Source of the DNA: an uncultured bacterium
GTDB taxonomy: Bacteria > Patescibacteriota > Patescibacteriia > SG8-24 > DYFX01
Assembly: GCA_937900255.1 (NCBI GenBank)
Contig: CALCDZ010000003.1
Location: 127,149-191,148, forward strand
Length of the DNA: 64,000 nt
Direction: 5' to 3'
Shown: in pieces, positions 55,192 through 64,000 of the stretch
Layout: every line of letters begins with the position of its first letter
How positions within the stretch are numbered: position 1 is the stretch's first letter
Translations under genes and position numbers: made by a program
The notes under the pieces: generated by a model
Seen by the model: the letters and a program-made list of their open reading frames with translations, nothing else
Told to the model about the DNA's origin: nothing
The model's database searches: none

Positions 55192-56046
55192 TCAGGGCCG
55201 TGCGGCGATCAGGACGCGGTCGTCGCCGTGGAGGTCCTTGAGGATTTCGGGGCGGGCGTCCGGCAGGAGCGCTCGGGTCAGGTCGGCGAGTTCAGGGAAC
55301 TGCTCCGGCTCGGCTTCGATGGCGATCATGACGGGGCGGCGTTTCCAGACCATCAGCCGCTTGAACAGCGCTCGGTAATGCCGCAGGCCGTCTGCGCCCG
55401 AGACGAGGGCGAGCTTAGGTTCGTGCGTCCGGACCTCCGGTCGCGATCTTTTCCAAACGGCGTCGGGGAGATAGGGGAGATTGGCGACGACGACGGACGC
55501 GCCTTTCGGCTCCGGCAATGCTTGGTGCAGGATGTCGAGTCTGGCGCAGCGGACACGGCGTCCAAGCTTGAGACGGCTGATGTTCGAGGCGGCGACGTCC
55601 AGCGCCTTTTTCGAGACGTCATAGAGGATCGCCTTCGTCTTCGCCCGTTCCGCCGCCAAGGTCGCGCCGATGGCACCGCTGCCCGTCCCGACATCGACGA
55701 TCGTCGCGGTCGATGTCACGGGGATCCGCGAAAGCAGCGCTTCGACGAGCGTCTCGGTCTCAGGGCGTGGGATGAGCGTGGCCGGCGTCACGCGGAAGTC
55801 GCGCCCGTAGAAAGATTTCACGCCGGTCAGGTAGGCATAGGGGACCCGTGCCGCACGCTTGGCGACCAGCTGGGCGAACGTCTTGATGACGGTGGACATG
55901 ACGTCCGCTTCCGGGTGGGCCAGGATCCAGCTCAGGTCGCGGTCGAGCAGGTGCGCCAAGAGCGACTCCGCTTCGAGACGCGGTTCCTCGATACGGGCGC
56001 GCCGGAGGCGATCGGCGGCGGCGGAAATGACGGAAGCGATGTTCAT
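55192..56046 (-). CDS. prmC: peptide chain release factor N5-glutamine methyltransferase
   Basis: HemK-family MTase (VVDVGTGSGAIG, VVANLPY). Lies downstream of prfA. Confidence 0.85.
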   Translation of the reverse strand: MNIASVISAAADRLRRARIEEPRLEAESLLAHLLDRDLSWILAHPEADVMSTVIKTFAQLVAKRAARVPYAYLTGVKSFYGRDFRVTPATLIPRPETETLVEALLSRIPVTSTATIVDVGTGSGAIGATLAAERAKTKAILYDVSKKALDVAASNISRLKLGRRVRCARLDILHQALPEPKGASVVVANLPYLPDAVWKRSRPEVRTHEPKLALVSGADGLRHYRALFKRLMVWKRRPVMIAIEAEPEQFPELADLTRALLPDARPEILKDLHGDDRVLIAARP

Positions 56047-56744
56047 GTCCGTGTCCCGGGTTCAAGGGCCGCGCGTGCCGCCTCCAGTTCCTCCGGCGTC
56101 CCGATCGGCATCCAGAAGGACGTTTCGATGACCCTGACGGGGTGCGCTGCGAGATGTTTTTCCAGCGTGTGCGGAAGCCCGAGCTCTCCGTTCGGGGCCG
56201 CAGCCGGAGCGAGATCGAAAAAACGGCCGTCCAGACGGCATGCGCCGACGTAGACCAAACGCTCAGGGTACTGAGTCGAATCTTTGTTCAGTTCGATGCG
56301 GCACAGGAATCCCCCTGACGTCGCAAGATGGCTGTACGGGTTCGGCGACGCGACGCGATGGGCGAGCATGGTGAAGGGTTCGGCGCGGACCAGCCGCGCG
56401 AGGTCTTCTTTCCCATACAGGTCGTCGCCGTTGAGCGCCAGGAACGAGCCGTCGAGGAACGGCTGGGCGCGCAGCAGGGCATCATACGTGCCTCGGAGTT
56501 CTGGCTGCTCCACGAAACGGACAGCCCGTCCGCCGGAAGCTTCGGGCGCATCTTCAAAATGCCTGCGGATGGCTTCCGCCTTGTAACCGACCACGACGAT
56601 CGCTTCGGTGACCTCCTTCGGCAGGGCTTCGAGGGTATGCTGCAAGATCGGCCTTCCGGCGACCGAGATCATCGGCTTCGGGATCCGGTCGGTCAGGGGG
56701 CGCAGGCGCGTGCCGAGACCGGCCGCGAAGATGACGGCTTTCAT
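56043..56744 (-). CDS. sugar-phosphate nucleotidyltransferase (NTP_transferase family)
   Basis: N-terminal [16 protein letters not shown] signature, 233 aa. Confidence 0.75.
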   Translation of the reverse strand: MKAVIFAAGLGTRLRPLTDRIPKPMISVAGRPILQHTLEALPKEVTEAIVVVGYKAEAIRRHFEDAPEASGGRAVRFVEQPELRGTYDALLRAQPFLDGSFLALNGDDLYGKEDLARLVRAEPFTMLAHRVASPNPYSHLATSGGFLCRIELNKDSTQYPERLVYVGACRLDGRFFDLAPAAAPNGELGLPHTLEKHLAAHPVRVIETSFWMPIGTPEELEAARAALEPGTRT

Positions 56745-57826
56745 TCCTCGTCGCCTTCAGCCGCGCCGAAGGTGCCGGCACGGTCGGCTTCGTGCAGCGT
56801 ACGCATGATCTCCTCGAGCTCGCCCGAGAGGATGCCAGGGATGCCATGCCAGGACTTCTTGATGCGGTGGTCGGTCACGCGATCCTGCGGGAAGTTATAG
56901 GTACGGATCTTTTCCGAACGTTCGCCGGAACCGATCTGGCCTTGCCGCAGGTCCGTCCGCGCCTTGCGGCGCTTCTCCTCCTCGATGGCGAAGAGGCGCG
57001 CCCGCAGCACGGCCATGGCCTTCTCCCGGTTCTGGATCTGGCTGCGTTCGTCCTGGCAGCCGACGATCATCCCGGTCGGCAGATAGGTGATGCGCACGGC
57101 CGAATACGTCGTCTGCACGCCCTGTCCGCCGTGTCCGCCGGCCAGGAAGGTATCGACTCGGATGTCTTTAGGGTCGATCCTGATGTCGATCTCTTCGGCT
57201 TCCGGCATGACGGCGACGGTCACGGTCGAGGTATGCACGCGCCCGGCTTTTTCCGTTTCGGGCACGCGTTGGACGCGGTGCACGCCGGATTCGTATTTCA
57301 TCTCGCGATAGACGTTCTTGCCCTGCACGCTGAAGACGGCTTCCTTCACGCCGCCCAGGTCGTTGAGGCTCTGCGAGATCGCGGCGGTCTTCCATCCCTT
57401 GCGTTCGGCGTAGCGCACGTACATGCGGAAGAGCTCGGCCGCGAAGAGCGCGGCTTCGTCGCCGCCGACGCCCGCGCGGATCTCCACGATGATGTTCTTC
57501 TTGTCGAGCGGGTCGGGCTCGACCAGGGCATCCTCCAGTTCCAGACGGGTGGCCTCGAGCGCGCCGCCGACGCGGAGGGCTTCGGCCTCGGCCATCGACC
57601 GCAGCTCGCCGTCCGTCTCGTGTTCCAGCATCGCGGCGGTATCGGACGCCTCCTTCAAGAGCGCCTCGTGGCGGGCGGCGATTTCCAGCACTTCCCGCAG
57701 GTCGCTGTACTCCTGGTTCAGCCCGCGCATCTTCTGGTTGTCCGAAATCACCTCCGGGGTGGACAGGAGGGTCTCGATCTCTCGGGCACGGTCGCGCTTC
57801 TTCGCGATTTCGAAGGGGATGTTCAT
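56741..57826 (-). CDS. prfA: peptide chain release factor 1
   Basis: GGQ motif ([12 protein letters not shown]) and PxT-region, 361 aa. Confidence 0.9.
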   Translation of the reverse strand: MNIPFEIAKKRDRAREIETLLSTPEVISDNQKMRGLNQEYSDLREVLEIAARHEALLKEASDTAAMLEHETDGELRSMAEAEALRVGGALEATRLELEDALVEPDPLDKKNIIVEIRAGVGGDEAALFAAELFRMYVRYAERKGWKTAAISQSLNDLGGVKEAVFSVQGKNVYREMKYESGVHRVQRVPETEKAGRVHTSTVTVAVMPEAEEIDIRIDPKDIRVDTFLAGGHGGQGVQTTYSAVRITYLPTGMIVGCQDERSQIQNREKAMAVLRARLFAIEEEKRRKARTDLRQGQIGSGERSEKIRTYNFPQDRVTDHRIKKSWHGIPGILSGELEEIMRTLHEADRAGTFGAAEGDEE

Positions 57827-57850
57827 GTGGTCAGTATGCTACAGGTAACC

Positions 57851-57874
57851 AAAACCCCGCTCGCGAGCGGGGTT
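57851..57874. terminator. bidirectional terminator (A4-CCCCGCTC-GC-GAGCGGGG-TT)
   Basis: 8-bp stem between the rpmE stop and prfA start region. Confidence 0.65.
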
Positions 57875-57882
57875 CGGCGCAG

Positions 57883-58167
57883 CTATTTGGCGGCTTTGGC
57901 GGCCTTCTTGGCGACGCGCTTGATGGTGCGGGCCTTCTTGCCGGTGGCCTTGGCGCCTTCGGCGGCCTTCTTGACCGTGCGCTCCTGGAACTTCTCGACG
58001 CGGCGGGAGGTGTCGAGCAGCTTCTGCTTGCCCGTGTAGAAGGGGTGGCAAGCCGAGCAGAGTTCGACATGGATCTCCTCGATGGTCGCGCCGGTCGTGA
58101 AGGTGTTGCCGCAGGCGCAGATGACCTTGGCTTCCGGGTAGTATTTCGGGTGGATGTCGGCTTTCAT
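57883..58167 (-). CDS. rpmE: 50S ribosomal protein L31 with Lys/Ala-rich C-terminal extension
   Basis: [24 protein letters not shown]. The track ORF has a spurious 27-aa N-terminal extension. Confidence 0.85.
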   Translation of the reverse strand: MKADIHPKYYPEAKVICACGNTFTTGATIEEIHVELCSACHPFYTGKQKLLDTSRRVEKFQERTVKKAAEGAKATGKKARTIKRVAKKAAKAAK

Positions 58168-58258
58168 AGCGCGAAAATAAGTATGGCGGGAGTGTAGCAG
58201 AGCCTCCTTAATTTGGCAAGAGTGGGTCGGACGGCCTCCTATAGGCACGCGAGTCGTC

Positions 58259-58287
58259 TTGACAGCCTGCAGCCCCTTCCCTATACT
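58259..58287 (+). promoter_or_regulatory. consensus sigma70-like promoter TTGACA-17 nt-TATACT upstream of rpsB-tsf
   Basis: Perfect -35, 17-nt spacer, TATACT -10. About 110 nt before the rpsB ATG. Confidence 0.55.
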
Positions 58288-58397
58288 TCGACCATTATTA
58301 ACCTCACATTCCCGACGACACTCCTGGGCGCCTCCCTCCTGAAAAGGATACGGATGCCCCGGCCGGGAAGGTGTTAAAAGGAGTTTTCCTCTTTTTT

Positions 58398-59180
58398 ATG
58401 TACGAGATCCCTGACCTCGTGGAACTCTTGAAGACCGGCGCTCATTTCGGGCACCAGGTCTCCAAGTGGCATCCCAAGATGAAGCCGTACCTGTTCGGTT
58501 CCCGGAACGGCATCCATATCATCAACCTGGAGCAGACCGTCATCAAGCTCAAGGAAGCGCTCGACGCCGCGCGCGACATGACGGCCCGCGGAGGCGTCAT
58601 CGTCTTCCTGGGCACCAAGCGCCAGGCGGCCCCGATCGTCGAGAAGTACGCCTTGGAGTGCGGAGCGCCCCACATCACCAACCGCTGGCTGGGCGGCACG
58701 TTCACCAACTTCCCGGAAATCTCCAAGCTCATCAAGAAGCTGAACGAGGATCGCGGCAAGCGCGATTCCGGCGGCTTCGACAAGTACACCAAGAAGGAGC
58801 GCGTGGTGATCGACCGCTCGATCGCCGACATGGAACGCAAGGTGGGCGGCATCGCCAGCCTGACCAAGCTCCCGGACGCCATCTTCATCGTCGACGCCAA
58901 GCACGAGAAGACCGCCGTCGAGGAAGCCCGCACCAAGAAAGTCCCGGTCTTCTCGCTGATCGACTCCAACATCAATCCGGAGGACGTGACCTACGGCATC
59001 CCGGCCAACGACGACGCCGTGAAATCCATCGAGCTCTTCACCAAACTGTTCTCCGAAGCCGTGGCCGAAGGCCGCAAGCTCCGCGAGAAGGAGATGGTCA
59101 TGAAGAAGGCCGAAGCCGCCAAGGCCGCTCCGGCCGCCGGAGCCTCTTCCTCCGAACCCTCCCGCATCATCACCGCCTAA
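58398..59180 (+). CDS. rpsB: 30S ribosomal protein S2
   Basis: LLKTGAHFGHQVSKWHPKM signature, 260 aa. The track ORF starts at an upstream GTG. Confidence 0.9.
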   Translation: MYEIPDLVELLKTGAHFGHQVSKWHPKMKPYLFGSRNGIHIINLEQTVIKLKEALDAARDMTARGGVIVFLGTKRQAAPIVEKYALECGAPHITNRWLGGTFTNFPEISKLIKKLNEDRGKRDSGGFDKYTKKERVVIDRSIADMERKVGGIASLTKLPDAIFIVDAKHEKTAVEEARTKKVPVFSLIDSNINPEDVTYGIPANDDAVKSIELFTKLFSEAVAEGRKLREKEMVMKKAEAAKAAPAAGASSSEPSRIITA

Positions 59181-59211
59181 GCGCCGCCCACACCTTTAAT
59201 CTTTCGTTCCT

Positions 59212-59820
59212 ATGATCGACGCCAAGACCGTATCCGAACTGCGCGCCGCGACCGGCGCCGGCATCGTCGAGTGCAAGAAGGCGCTCGAGGAGGCCGCTGG
59301 CGACCTGACCGCCGCCGCCGAACTGCTCCGCAAGAAAGGCATCGTCAAGGCCGCGTCCAAGTCCGACCGCCAGACGTCCGAAGGCCTGGTCTACGCTTAC
59401 ATCCACGGCAACGGCAAGGTCGGCGCGATGGTCGAGGTGCTCTGCGAGACCGACTTCGTCGCCCGCACCGACGGCTTCAAGGAGCTCTGCCACGAGCTGG
59501 CGCTCCAGATCGCGGCCATGAACCCGCTCTACGTCTCCAGCGCCGACATCCCGCCGGAAGTCGTCGAGAAGGAGAAGGAGATGTACGCCCAGGAGTTCGC
59601 CGGCTCGGGCAAGCCCGCCGAGATGGTCGCGAAGATCGCCGAAGGCAAGCTCTCGAAGTGGTACGGCGACGTCTGCCTCCTGAACCAGGCCTGCATCAAG
59701 GACGAGGACAAGACGGTGGAAGAGATGCTCAAGGAGACCATCGCCAAGACCGGCGAGAACATCCAGGTCAAGCGCTTCACCCGCTTCGCCATGGAATCCG
59801 GCACCCAGGTGCCGGGCTGA
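59212..59820 (+). CDS. tsf: translation elongation factor Ts (short form)
   Basis: UBA-like N-terminus VSELRAATGAGIVECKKAL, 202 aa. Confidence 0.9.
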   Translation: MIDAKTVSELRAATGAGIVECKKALEEAAGDLTAAAELLRKKGIVKAASKSDRQTSEGLVYAYIHGNGKVGAMVEVLCETDFVARTDGFKELCHELALQIAAMNPLYVSSADIPPEVVEKEKEMYAQEFAGSGKPAEMVAKIAEGKLSKWYGDVCLLNQACIKDEDKTVEEMLKETIAKTGENIQVKRFTRFAMESGTQVPG

Positions 59821-59835
59821 GGCCCGTACGGAAAG

Positions 59836-59866
59836 ACCCTCGACATGCGTCGCGGGTCTTTTCATT
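59836..59866 (+). terminator. intrinsic terminator after tsf (ACCCTCGAC-ATGC-GTCGCGGGT + T-run)
   Basis: 9-bp stem with one mismatch followed by CTTTTCATTT. Confidence 0.55.
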
Positions 59867-59911
59867 TCATTCACTTCCCGTCCGCGGCGTTGAAACGTAT
59901 ACTGCCCGCGT

Positions 59912-60520
59912 ATGTCTCTTTGGAGGGTGAAACATACGCTTTCGCCGGTCGTTGAAGCCGCACTGATCGCCACTGTCGCATCGTACGGCCTTTTGGCGAT
60001 ATATCTTTCCTGGAGGCATCCATTCGACGTGGCGTCCCTTTCACCGATCGTCTCCTTGCCGCAGCCGGTCACGCTCGATATCGATGCTTGGAGCCGGCAG
60101 GACGATGCCGCGCGCGGGTATGCTTACGCCGTGCCGCCCGGCTGGACGGTCGATGCGCGCGATCCCGACCTCATCCGCATCGGACGCTCCGACAAGGAAC
60201 GCGCGCAAGCGCCTGACCAAGGGGAAGGTCTCGTGATCCAGACGGTGCCGGTGGCGGCGCGGCAGGAGATTTCGAACCTGGTTGCCGCCGATTTCTCCGG
60301 ACAGCGTCTCGTGCGCTACGACGTCTCCATCGACGGTCGCTCGGCCGTCTTCGCCGTCGCGTTCGAGAATGACCGCATCCGTCGCCAGGCGCTTTACGTG
60401 CCGCAAGGGTCCTCCGCCCTCGTCGTCCGCTCCGCGACGGCCGACCCGTCCGTCTTCTCCGCCCTCGTCTCCACCCTCAAGTTCTACTCCGCTGATACCA
60501 CTAAGAAGGACACCTTATGA
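59912..60520 (+). CDS. hypothetical membrane-anchored protein (202 aa)
   Basis: TM helix AALIATVASYGLLAIYLSW. Its stop overlaps the gap start (ATGA). Confidence 0.5.
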   Translation: MSLWRVKHTLSPVVEAALIATVASYGLLAIYLSWRHPFDVASLSPIVSLPQPVTLDIDAWSRQDDAARGYAYAVPPGWTVDARDPDLIRIGRSDKERAQAPDQGEGLVIQTVPVAARQEISNLVAADFSGQRLVRYDVSIDGRSAVFAVAFENDRIRRQALYVPQGSSALVVRSATADPSVFSALVSTLKFYSADTTKKDTL

Positions 60521-61524
60521 TCCGCGTCGCCATCAACGGGTTCGGCCGCATCGGCCGGAACACCCTCAAGGCCGCCCTCGGCCGCCTGAAAGAGCTCGAG
60601 TTCGTCGCCATCAATGACTTGACCGACACCAAGACGCTCGCGCACCTCCTGAAGCACGACACGAATTACGGCGCCTACGAGAAGGAGGTCACCTATGACG
60701 AGAAGAACCTCTATATCGACGGCAAGAAGATCATCGTGACGGCCGAGAAGGATCCGACCAAGCTGCCGTGGAAGGAACTGAAGATCGACGTGGTCATCGA
60801 ATCGACTGGCCGCTTCACCGACGAGAAGGGCGCGAGCCAGCATCTCGCGGCCGGCGCCAAGCGGGTCGTCCTTTCGGCCCCTGCCAAAGGCGGGGAGATT
60901 CCCACGTACGTGCTTGGCGTGAACGGACAGGACTATAAGGGAAAGGCGGCGATCATCAACAACGCTTCTTGCACCACCAACTGCATCGCCCCGGTCGCGG
61001 CCGTCATGCACGCGAAGTTCGGCGTGAAGAAGGCACTCATGACCACCATCCACAGCTACACCGCCGATCAGATGCTGCAGGATGGCCCGCACAGGGACCT
61101 GCGCCGGGCCCGCGCCGCCGCCTGCAACATCATCCCGACCTCGACCGGCGCGGCCATCGCCGTGACCGAGACGATCCCGGAACTGAAGGGGCTGTTCGAC
61201 GGCCTTTCGCTGCGCGTGCCGACGTCCGTCGTCTCGCTTTCGGACTTCACCTTCGTGCTCGGACGGAAGACGACCGTCGAAGAGGTGAACAAGGCCATCA
61301 AGGCCGCCTGCGCGACCAAGCGCTTCGAAGGCGTGATGGCCTGGACCGAAGAGGAACTGGTCTCTTCCGACTTCATCAAGAACTCCTACTCCTCGATCGT
61401 CGACCTCAATCTCACGCAGGTCGTGGGCGGCGACTTGGTGAAGGTCGTGGCCTGGTACGACAACGAGTGGGGTTACAGCAACCGGCTGGCGGAGATGGTC
61501 GCGCGCGTCGGCAAGACGGTTTGA
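60517..61524 (+). CDS. gap: glyceraldehyde-3-phosphate dehydrogenase
   Basis: NGFGRIGR NAD-binding motif, ASCTTNC active site, 335 aa. Confidence 0.9.
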   Translation: MIRVAINGFGRIGRNTLKAALGRLKELEFVAINDLTDTKTLAHLLKHDTNYGAYEKEVTYDEKNLYIDGKKIIVTAEKDPTKLPWKELKIDVVIESTGRFTDEKGASQHLAAGAKRVVLSAPAKGGEIPTYVLGVNGQDYKGKAAIINNASCTTNCIAPVAAVMHAKFGVKKALMTTIHSYTADQMLQDGPHRDLRRARAAACNIIPTSTGAAIAVTETIPELKGLFDGLSLRVPTSVVSLSDFTFVLGRKTTVEEVNKAIKAACATKRFEGVMAWTEEELVSSDFIKNSYSSIVDLNLTQVVGGDLVKVVAWYDNEWGYSNRLAEMVARVGKTV

Positions 61525-61526
61525 GG

Positions 61527-62462
61527 ATGCCGCGCAGGTATTCGCGAATCCACGAACTTGACCTCCCGTGGCGGCTCTATGATGCCGCCATCCTTTTGCT
61601 GCTCGCGTCCTTCGTCGGCGCTTGCGCCTGGACGCGCTCCTGGACCGGCCCATTCGTCCTGCCCGTCCGGTTCCTGTCCGTCGCCGGTTTCCTGACGATC
61701 TTTTACGGCTCGTTCATCGAACCGCGCCTTCTCGCGGTCCGGCGCTACGCCGTGGGAAAAGGCGAGCGCTCCATACGTATCGCTTTCCTCTCCGACCTCC
61801 ACGTCGGTCCGTACAAGGGGGCATCATGGGTCCGGCGGTTGGTGGATCGGACGAATGGCCTGAAGCCCGACCTCGTCCTGCTCGGGGGCGACTTCCTGTA
61901 CAGGGACGCCTCGGACCTTCCGGAACTGGCGCCGCTCAAAAGGCTGGAAGCGCCGCTCGGCACGTATGCGATCATGGGCAATCATGACGAGTGGAAATCC
62001 GGTCGGGAGACGCGGGCTTGGTTCGAGGCGTCGGGCATCCCGCTTCTGGTGAACAGGTCCGTCTCCATCGATCGGGAAGGGGAGAAGTTGCTGGTCTCTG
62101 GCGTCGATGACGACTGGTATGGCGAGGCGGACCTGGAAGCCGCTTTCAAGGATTTCACGCCGGACGCGCCGGCCGTGGTCATGCTGCATAATCCGGAATT
62201 GGCTCCGCATGCCGCCGCGCTGCTGAGGGGCCGGACCGGAGCGACCGTCTTCTTTTCCGGTCACACCCATGGCGGACAGATCCGCCTTCCGTTCCTCGGC
62301 TCGGTCGCGCGCCTGCCGCATGACATGGGGCGGCGCTTCGATCGCGGACGTTTCACGTTCGAAGGGTTCCCGCTCCTGCTCGGCGCCGGCACGGGGGAGT
62401 CCGGCCCCCGGGCGCGACTTTTCTGCCCTCCGGAAATCGTGCTGGCAGAGCTACGTTTTTAA
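61527..62462 (+). CDS. membrane-anchored calcineurin-like metallophosphoesterase
   Basis: GDxH / GNHD / GHTH motif series (FLSDLHVG, LGGDF, GNHDEW, SGHTHGG). The track ORF (60969-62462) has a long spurious N-terminal extension overlapping gap. Confidence 0.75.
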   Translation: MPRRYSRIHELDLPWRLYDAAILLLLASFVGACAWTRSWTGPFVLPVRFLSVAGFLTIFYGSFIEPRLLAVRRYAVGKGERSIRIAFLSDLHVGPYKGASWVRRLVDRTNGLKPDLVLLGGDFLYRDASDLPELAPLKRLEAPLGTYAIMGNHDEWKSGRETRAWFEASGIPLLVNRSVSIDREGEKLLVSGVDDDWYGEADLEAAFKDFTPDAPAVVMLHNPELAPHAAALLRGRTGATVFFSGHTHGGQIRLPFLGSVARLPHDMGRRFDRGRFTFEGFPLLLGAGTGESGPRARLFCPPEIVLAELRF

Positions 62463-62488
62463 GGCGGCGGATGGTATACTGAAAGCAT

Positions 62489-63805
62489 ATGGATGCCGTC
62501 CGATCCCGTCATCGCATCGTCATCTTGGGAGCCGGGTTCGGAGGCCTGACGGCCGCCGTCCGGCTTTCGAGGCGACTTGGCAAGCGCCCGGGCTGCGAGA
62601 TCGTCGTCGTGGACAAGCATACGCATCATCTCTACCGGCCGTGGCTCTACGAAGCGGCCACCGGCGATGCGCCGGAATCTCGTCTCGAGGCCGGAGTGGC
62701 GACCCCGTTCGAAGACCTCCGCACGCATCTTGCGGCCGAGGGCGTGAAGGTCGAGTACCAGGAAGCGACCGGCATCGATCGGGAGGCGCGCGCGCTCGTT
62801 CTGGCCGACGGACGCAGACTGGCGTTCGACGACCTGATCGTCGCGGTCGGCGCCGTGCCGGATTTCTACGGCATCGAGGGCTTGGAGCGCCATAGTCATC
62901 CGCTCTACAGCCTGCAGGACGCCTTGGTCGTCAATCGGCACTTGCGTGAGCTGGTCGCCAAGAAGAAAAAGAACGAGATCCCGTTCATCCGCGTCCTGGT
63001 CGGCGGCGCCGGCCCGACCGGCGTGGAGTTCGCCTGCGAAGCGGCTTCGTTCATGCGCACGCAGGTCAAGAAGGGGCGGCTCGGCGCGGGCGAATACTCG
63101 ATCGAGCTGATCGAGGCGTCGCCGCGCCCCTTGCCGGCCTTCCACCCGCAGCTCTCGGCGTGGGCGAGGAAGCGGCTCGAACGCCTCGGCGTGAAACTGA
63201 TCCTCGACGCCTGCATCAGGGGAGCGCACAGGGATCACGTCGTGCTCGCGCCGCGGCCGCTCAAGGCCGGCGAGACCGTGGACATGCTGGTCTGCGATTT
63301 CAAGAAGGAGCACGAGAAGGAGGTCACTTCCGACCTGCTGGTCTGGTGCGGAGGTTTCAAGGCTCGACCGTTCGTGAAGGATCTCGGCCTGCCGCTCGAC
63401 GCGCGCGGGAAGATCGAAGTCGACGCGACCCTGCGCGTGAAGGGCGAGGAGCATGTCTGGGCCGTCGGCGATTGCCTGACGCTGCTCGATCCGGAATCGA
63501 AGCGGCCGGTGCCGCAACTGGCGCAAGGCGCGATCCATCAGGCCGAGCGGGTCGCGGAGAACGTCGTCCGCGCGATGCGCGGCGCGCCGCCGGAACCGTA
63601 TGCCTTCCCGGTCATGCATACGCTGGTGCCGATGGGCGGTGCCTGGGGCGTCGCCGATGTCTATGGGTTCCGCTTCCGCGGGTACCTGGTCTGGCCGGTG
63701 CGGCTGGCCGCGGATATGCGTTATTTCTTCCGGACGCTTCCATGGAAGAGCGCTTGGAAGATGATCCGCGCGCCGCTCACCACTTTCCGCCGCAACAACC
63801 TATGA
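62489..63805 (+). CDS. ndh: type II NADH:quinone oxidoreductase (NDH-2, FAD-dependent pyridine nucleotide-disulfide oxidoreductase)
   Basis: Two Rossmann dinucleotide motifs (ILGAGFGG, VGGAGPTGVE), 438 aa. Confidence 0.85.
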   Translation: MDAVRSRHRIVILGAGFGGLTAAVRLSRRLGKRPGCEIVVVDKHTHHLYRPWLYEAATGDAPESRLEAGVATPFEDLRTHLAAEGVKVEYQEATGIDREARALVLADGRRLAFDDLIVAVGAVPDFYGIEGLERHSHPLYSLQDALVVNRHLRELVAKKKKNEIPFIRVLVGGAGPTGVEFACEAASFMRTQVKKGRLGAGEYSIELIEASPRPLPAFHPQLSAWARKRLERLGVKLILDACIRGAHRDHVVLAPRPLKAGETVDMLVCDFKKEHEKEVTSDLLVWCGGFKARPFVKDLGLPLDARGKIEVDATLRVKGEEHVWAVGDCLTLLDPESKRPVPQLAQGAIHQAERVAENVVRAMRGAPPEPYAFPVMHTLVPMGGAWGVADVYGFRFRGYLVWPVRLAADMRYFFRTLPWKSAWKMIRAPLTTFRRNNL

Positions 63806-64000
63806 GCAACGATCCGCGCATGAAACTCCGTACCGTCGAGGACTTCAAGGCTTTCAAAGGCAAACGCGTCTTCCTGCGCGCCGACTTCAACGTGCCGGTC
63901 TCCCGCGCGAAGGTCAGCCCGGACGAGGATTGGCGCATCCGCAAGGTCGTGCCGACCATCGAACGCCTGGCCGCCGCCGGAGCCAGGGTCGTGCTCGCTT
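63802..64000 (+). CDS. pgk: phosphoglycerate kinase, N-terminal part (runs off window end)
   Basis: KRVFLRADFNVP...IRKVVPTI N-terminal PGK signature. ATG overlaps the ndh stop (ATGA). Confidence 0.8.
   Translation, partial: MSNDPRMKLRTVEDFKAFKGKRVFLRADFNVPVSRAKVSPDEDWRIRKVVPTIERLAAAGARVVLA

Overview
This is a 64 kb high-GC (about 65%) bacterial chromosomal segment, densely coding on both strands. Most genes are housekeeping: clpC, htpX, lemA, a PMM/PGM-family mutase, murI, rseP, pheS/pheT, hup, dnaE, thrS, miaA, gatB, tmk, a tandem-type thyX, dut, a dCMP deaminase, rplA, rplK, nusG, secE, gyrB, an ftsW/rodA-type gene, rplY, prmC, prfA, rpmE, rpsB, tsf, gap, an NDH-2 gene and the 5' part of pgk. 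Many lineage-specific hypothetical and membrane-anchored proteins lie between them. No rRNA, complete tRNA or CRISPR array was recognised. The outstanding locus is 46.68-49.07 kb. Four copies (two complete, two truncated) of a 170-280 nt multi-hairpin repeat sit on both sides of a gene for an IS110-family-like (Transposase_20 HhH) protein. In each repeat the stems are conserved, the enclosed segments have fixed lengths but variable sequence, and G-U wobble pairs are conserved. This architecture is reminiscent of IS110/IS621 bridge RNAs, and the protein's expected catalytic positions look substituted when aligned by eye. I propose it as a candidate bridge-RNA-like guide array with a possibly domesticated recombinase homologue. 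Other notable points: a strongly promoted and terminated sRNA candidate closed by a 19-bp terminal helix (36.06-36.22 kb); a low-GC NERD + Mrr defence islet next to a tRNA 3'-end-like fragment and a pair of 32-nt direct repeats (22.9-25.5 kb); a dTTP-synthesis operon (dCMP deaminase, NMP kinase, dut, thyX, tmk) with a 16-bp perfect palindrome upstream of thyX; the normally adjacent rplK-rplA and pheS-pheT pairs each interrupted by inserted genes; a tandem GGDEF protein; and a long pheS leader carrying a duplicated pheS 5' mini-ORF. Several very long ORFs in the six-frame track are antisense artefacts of high GC.
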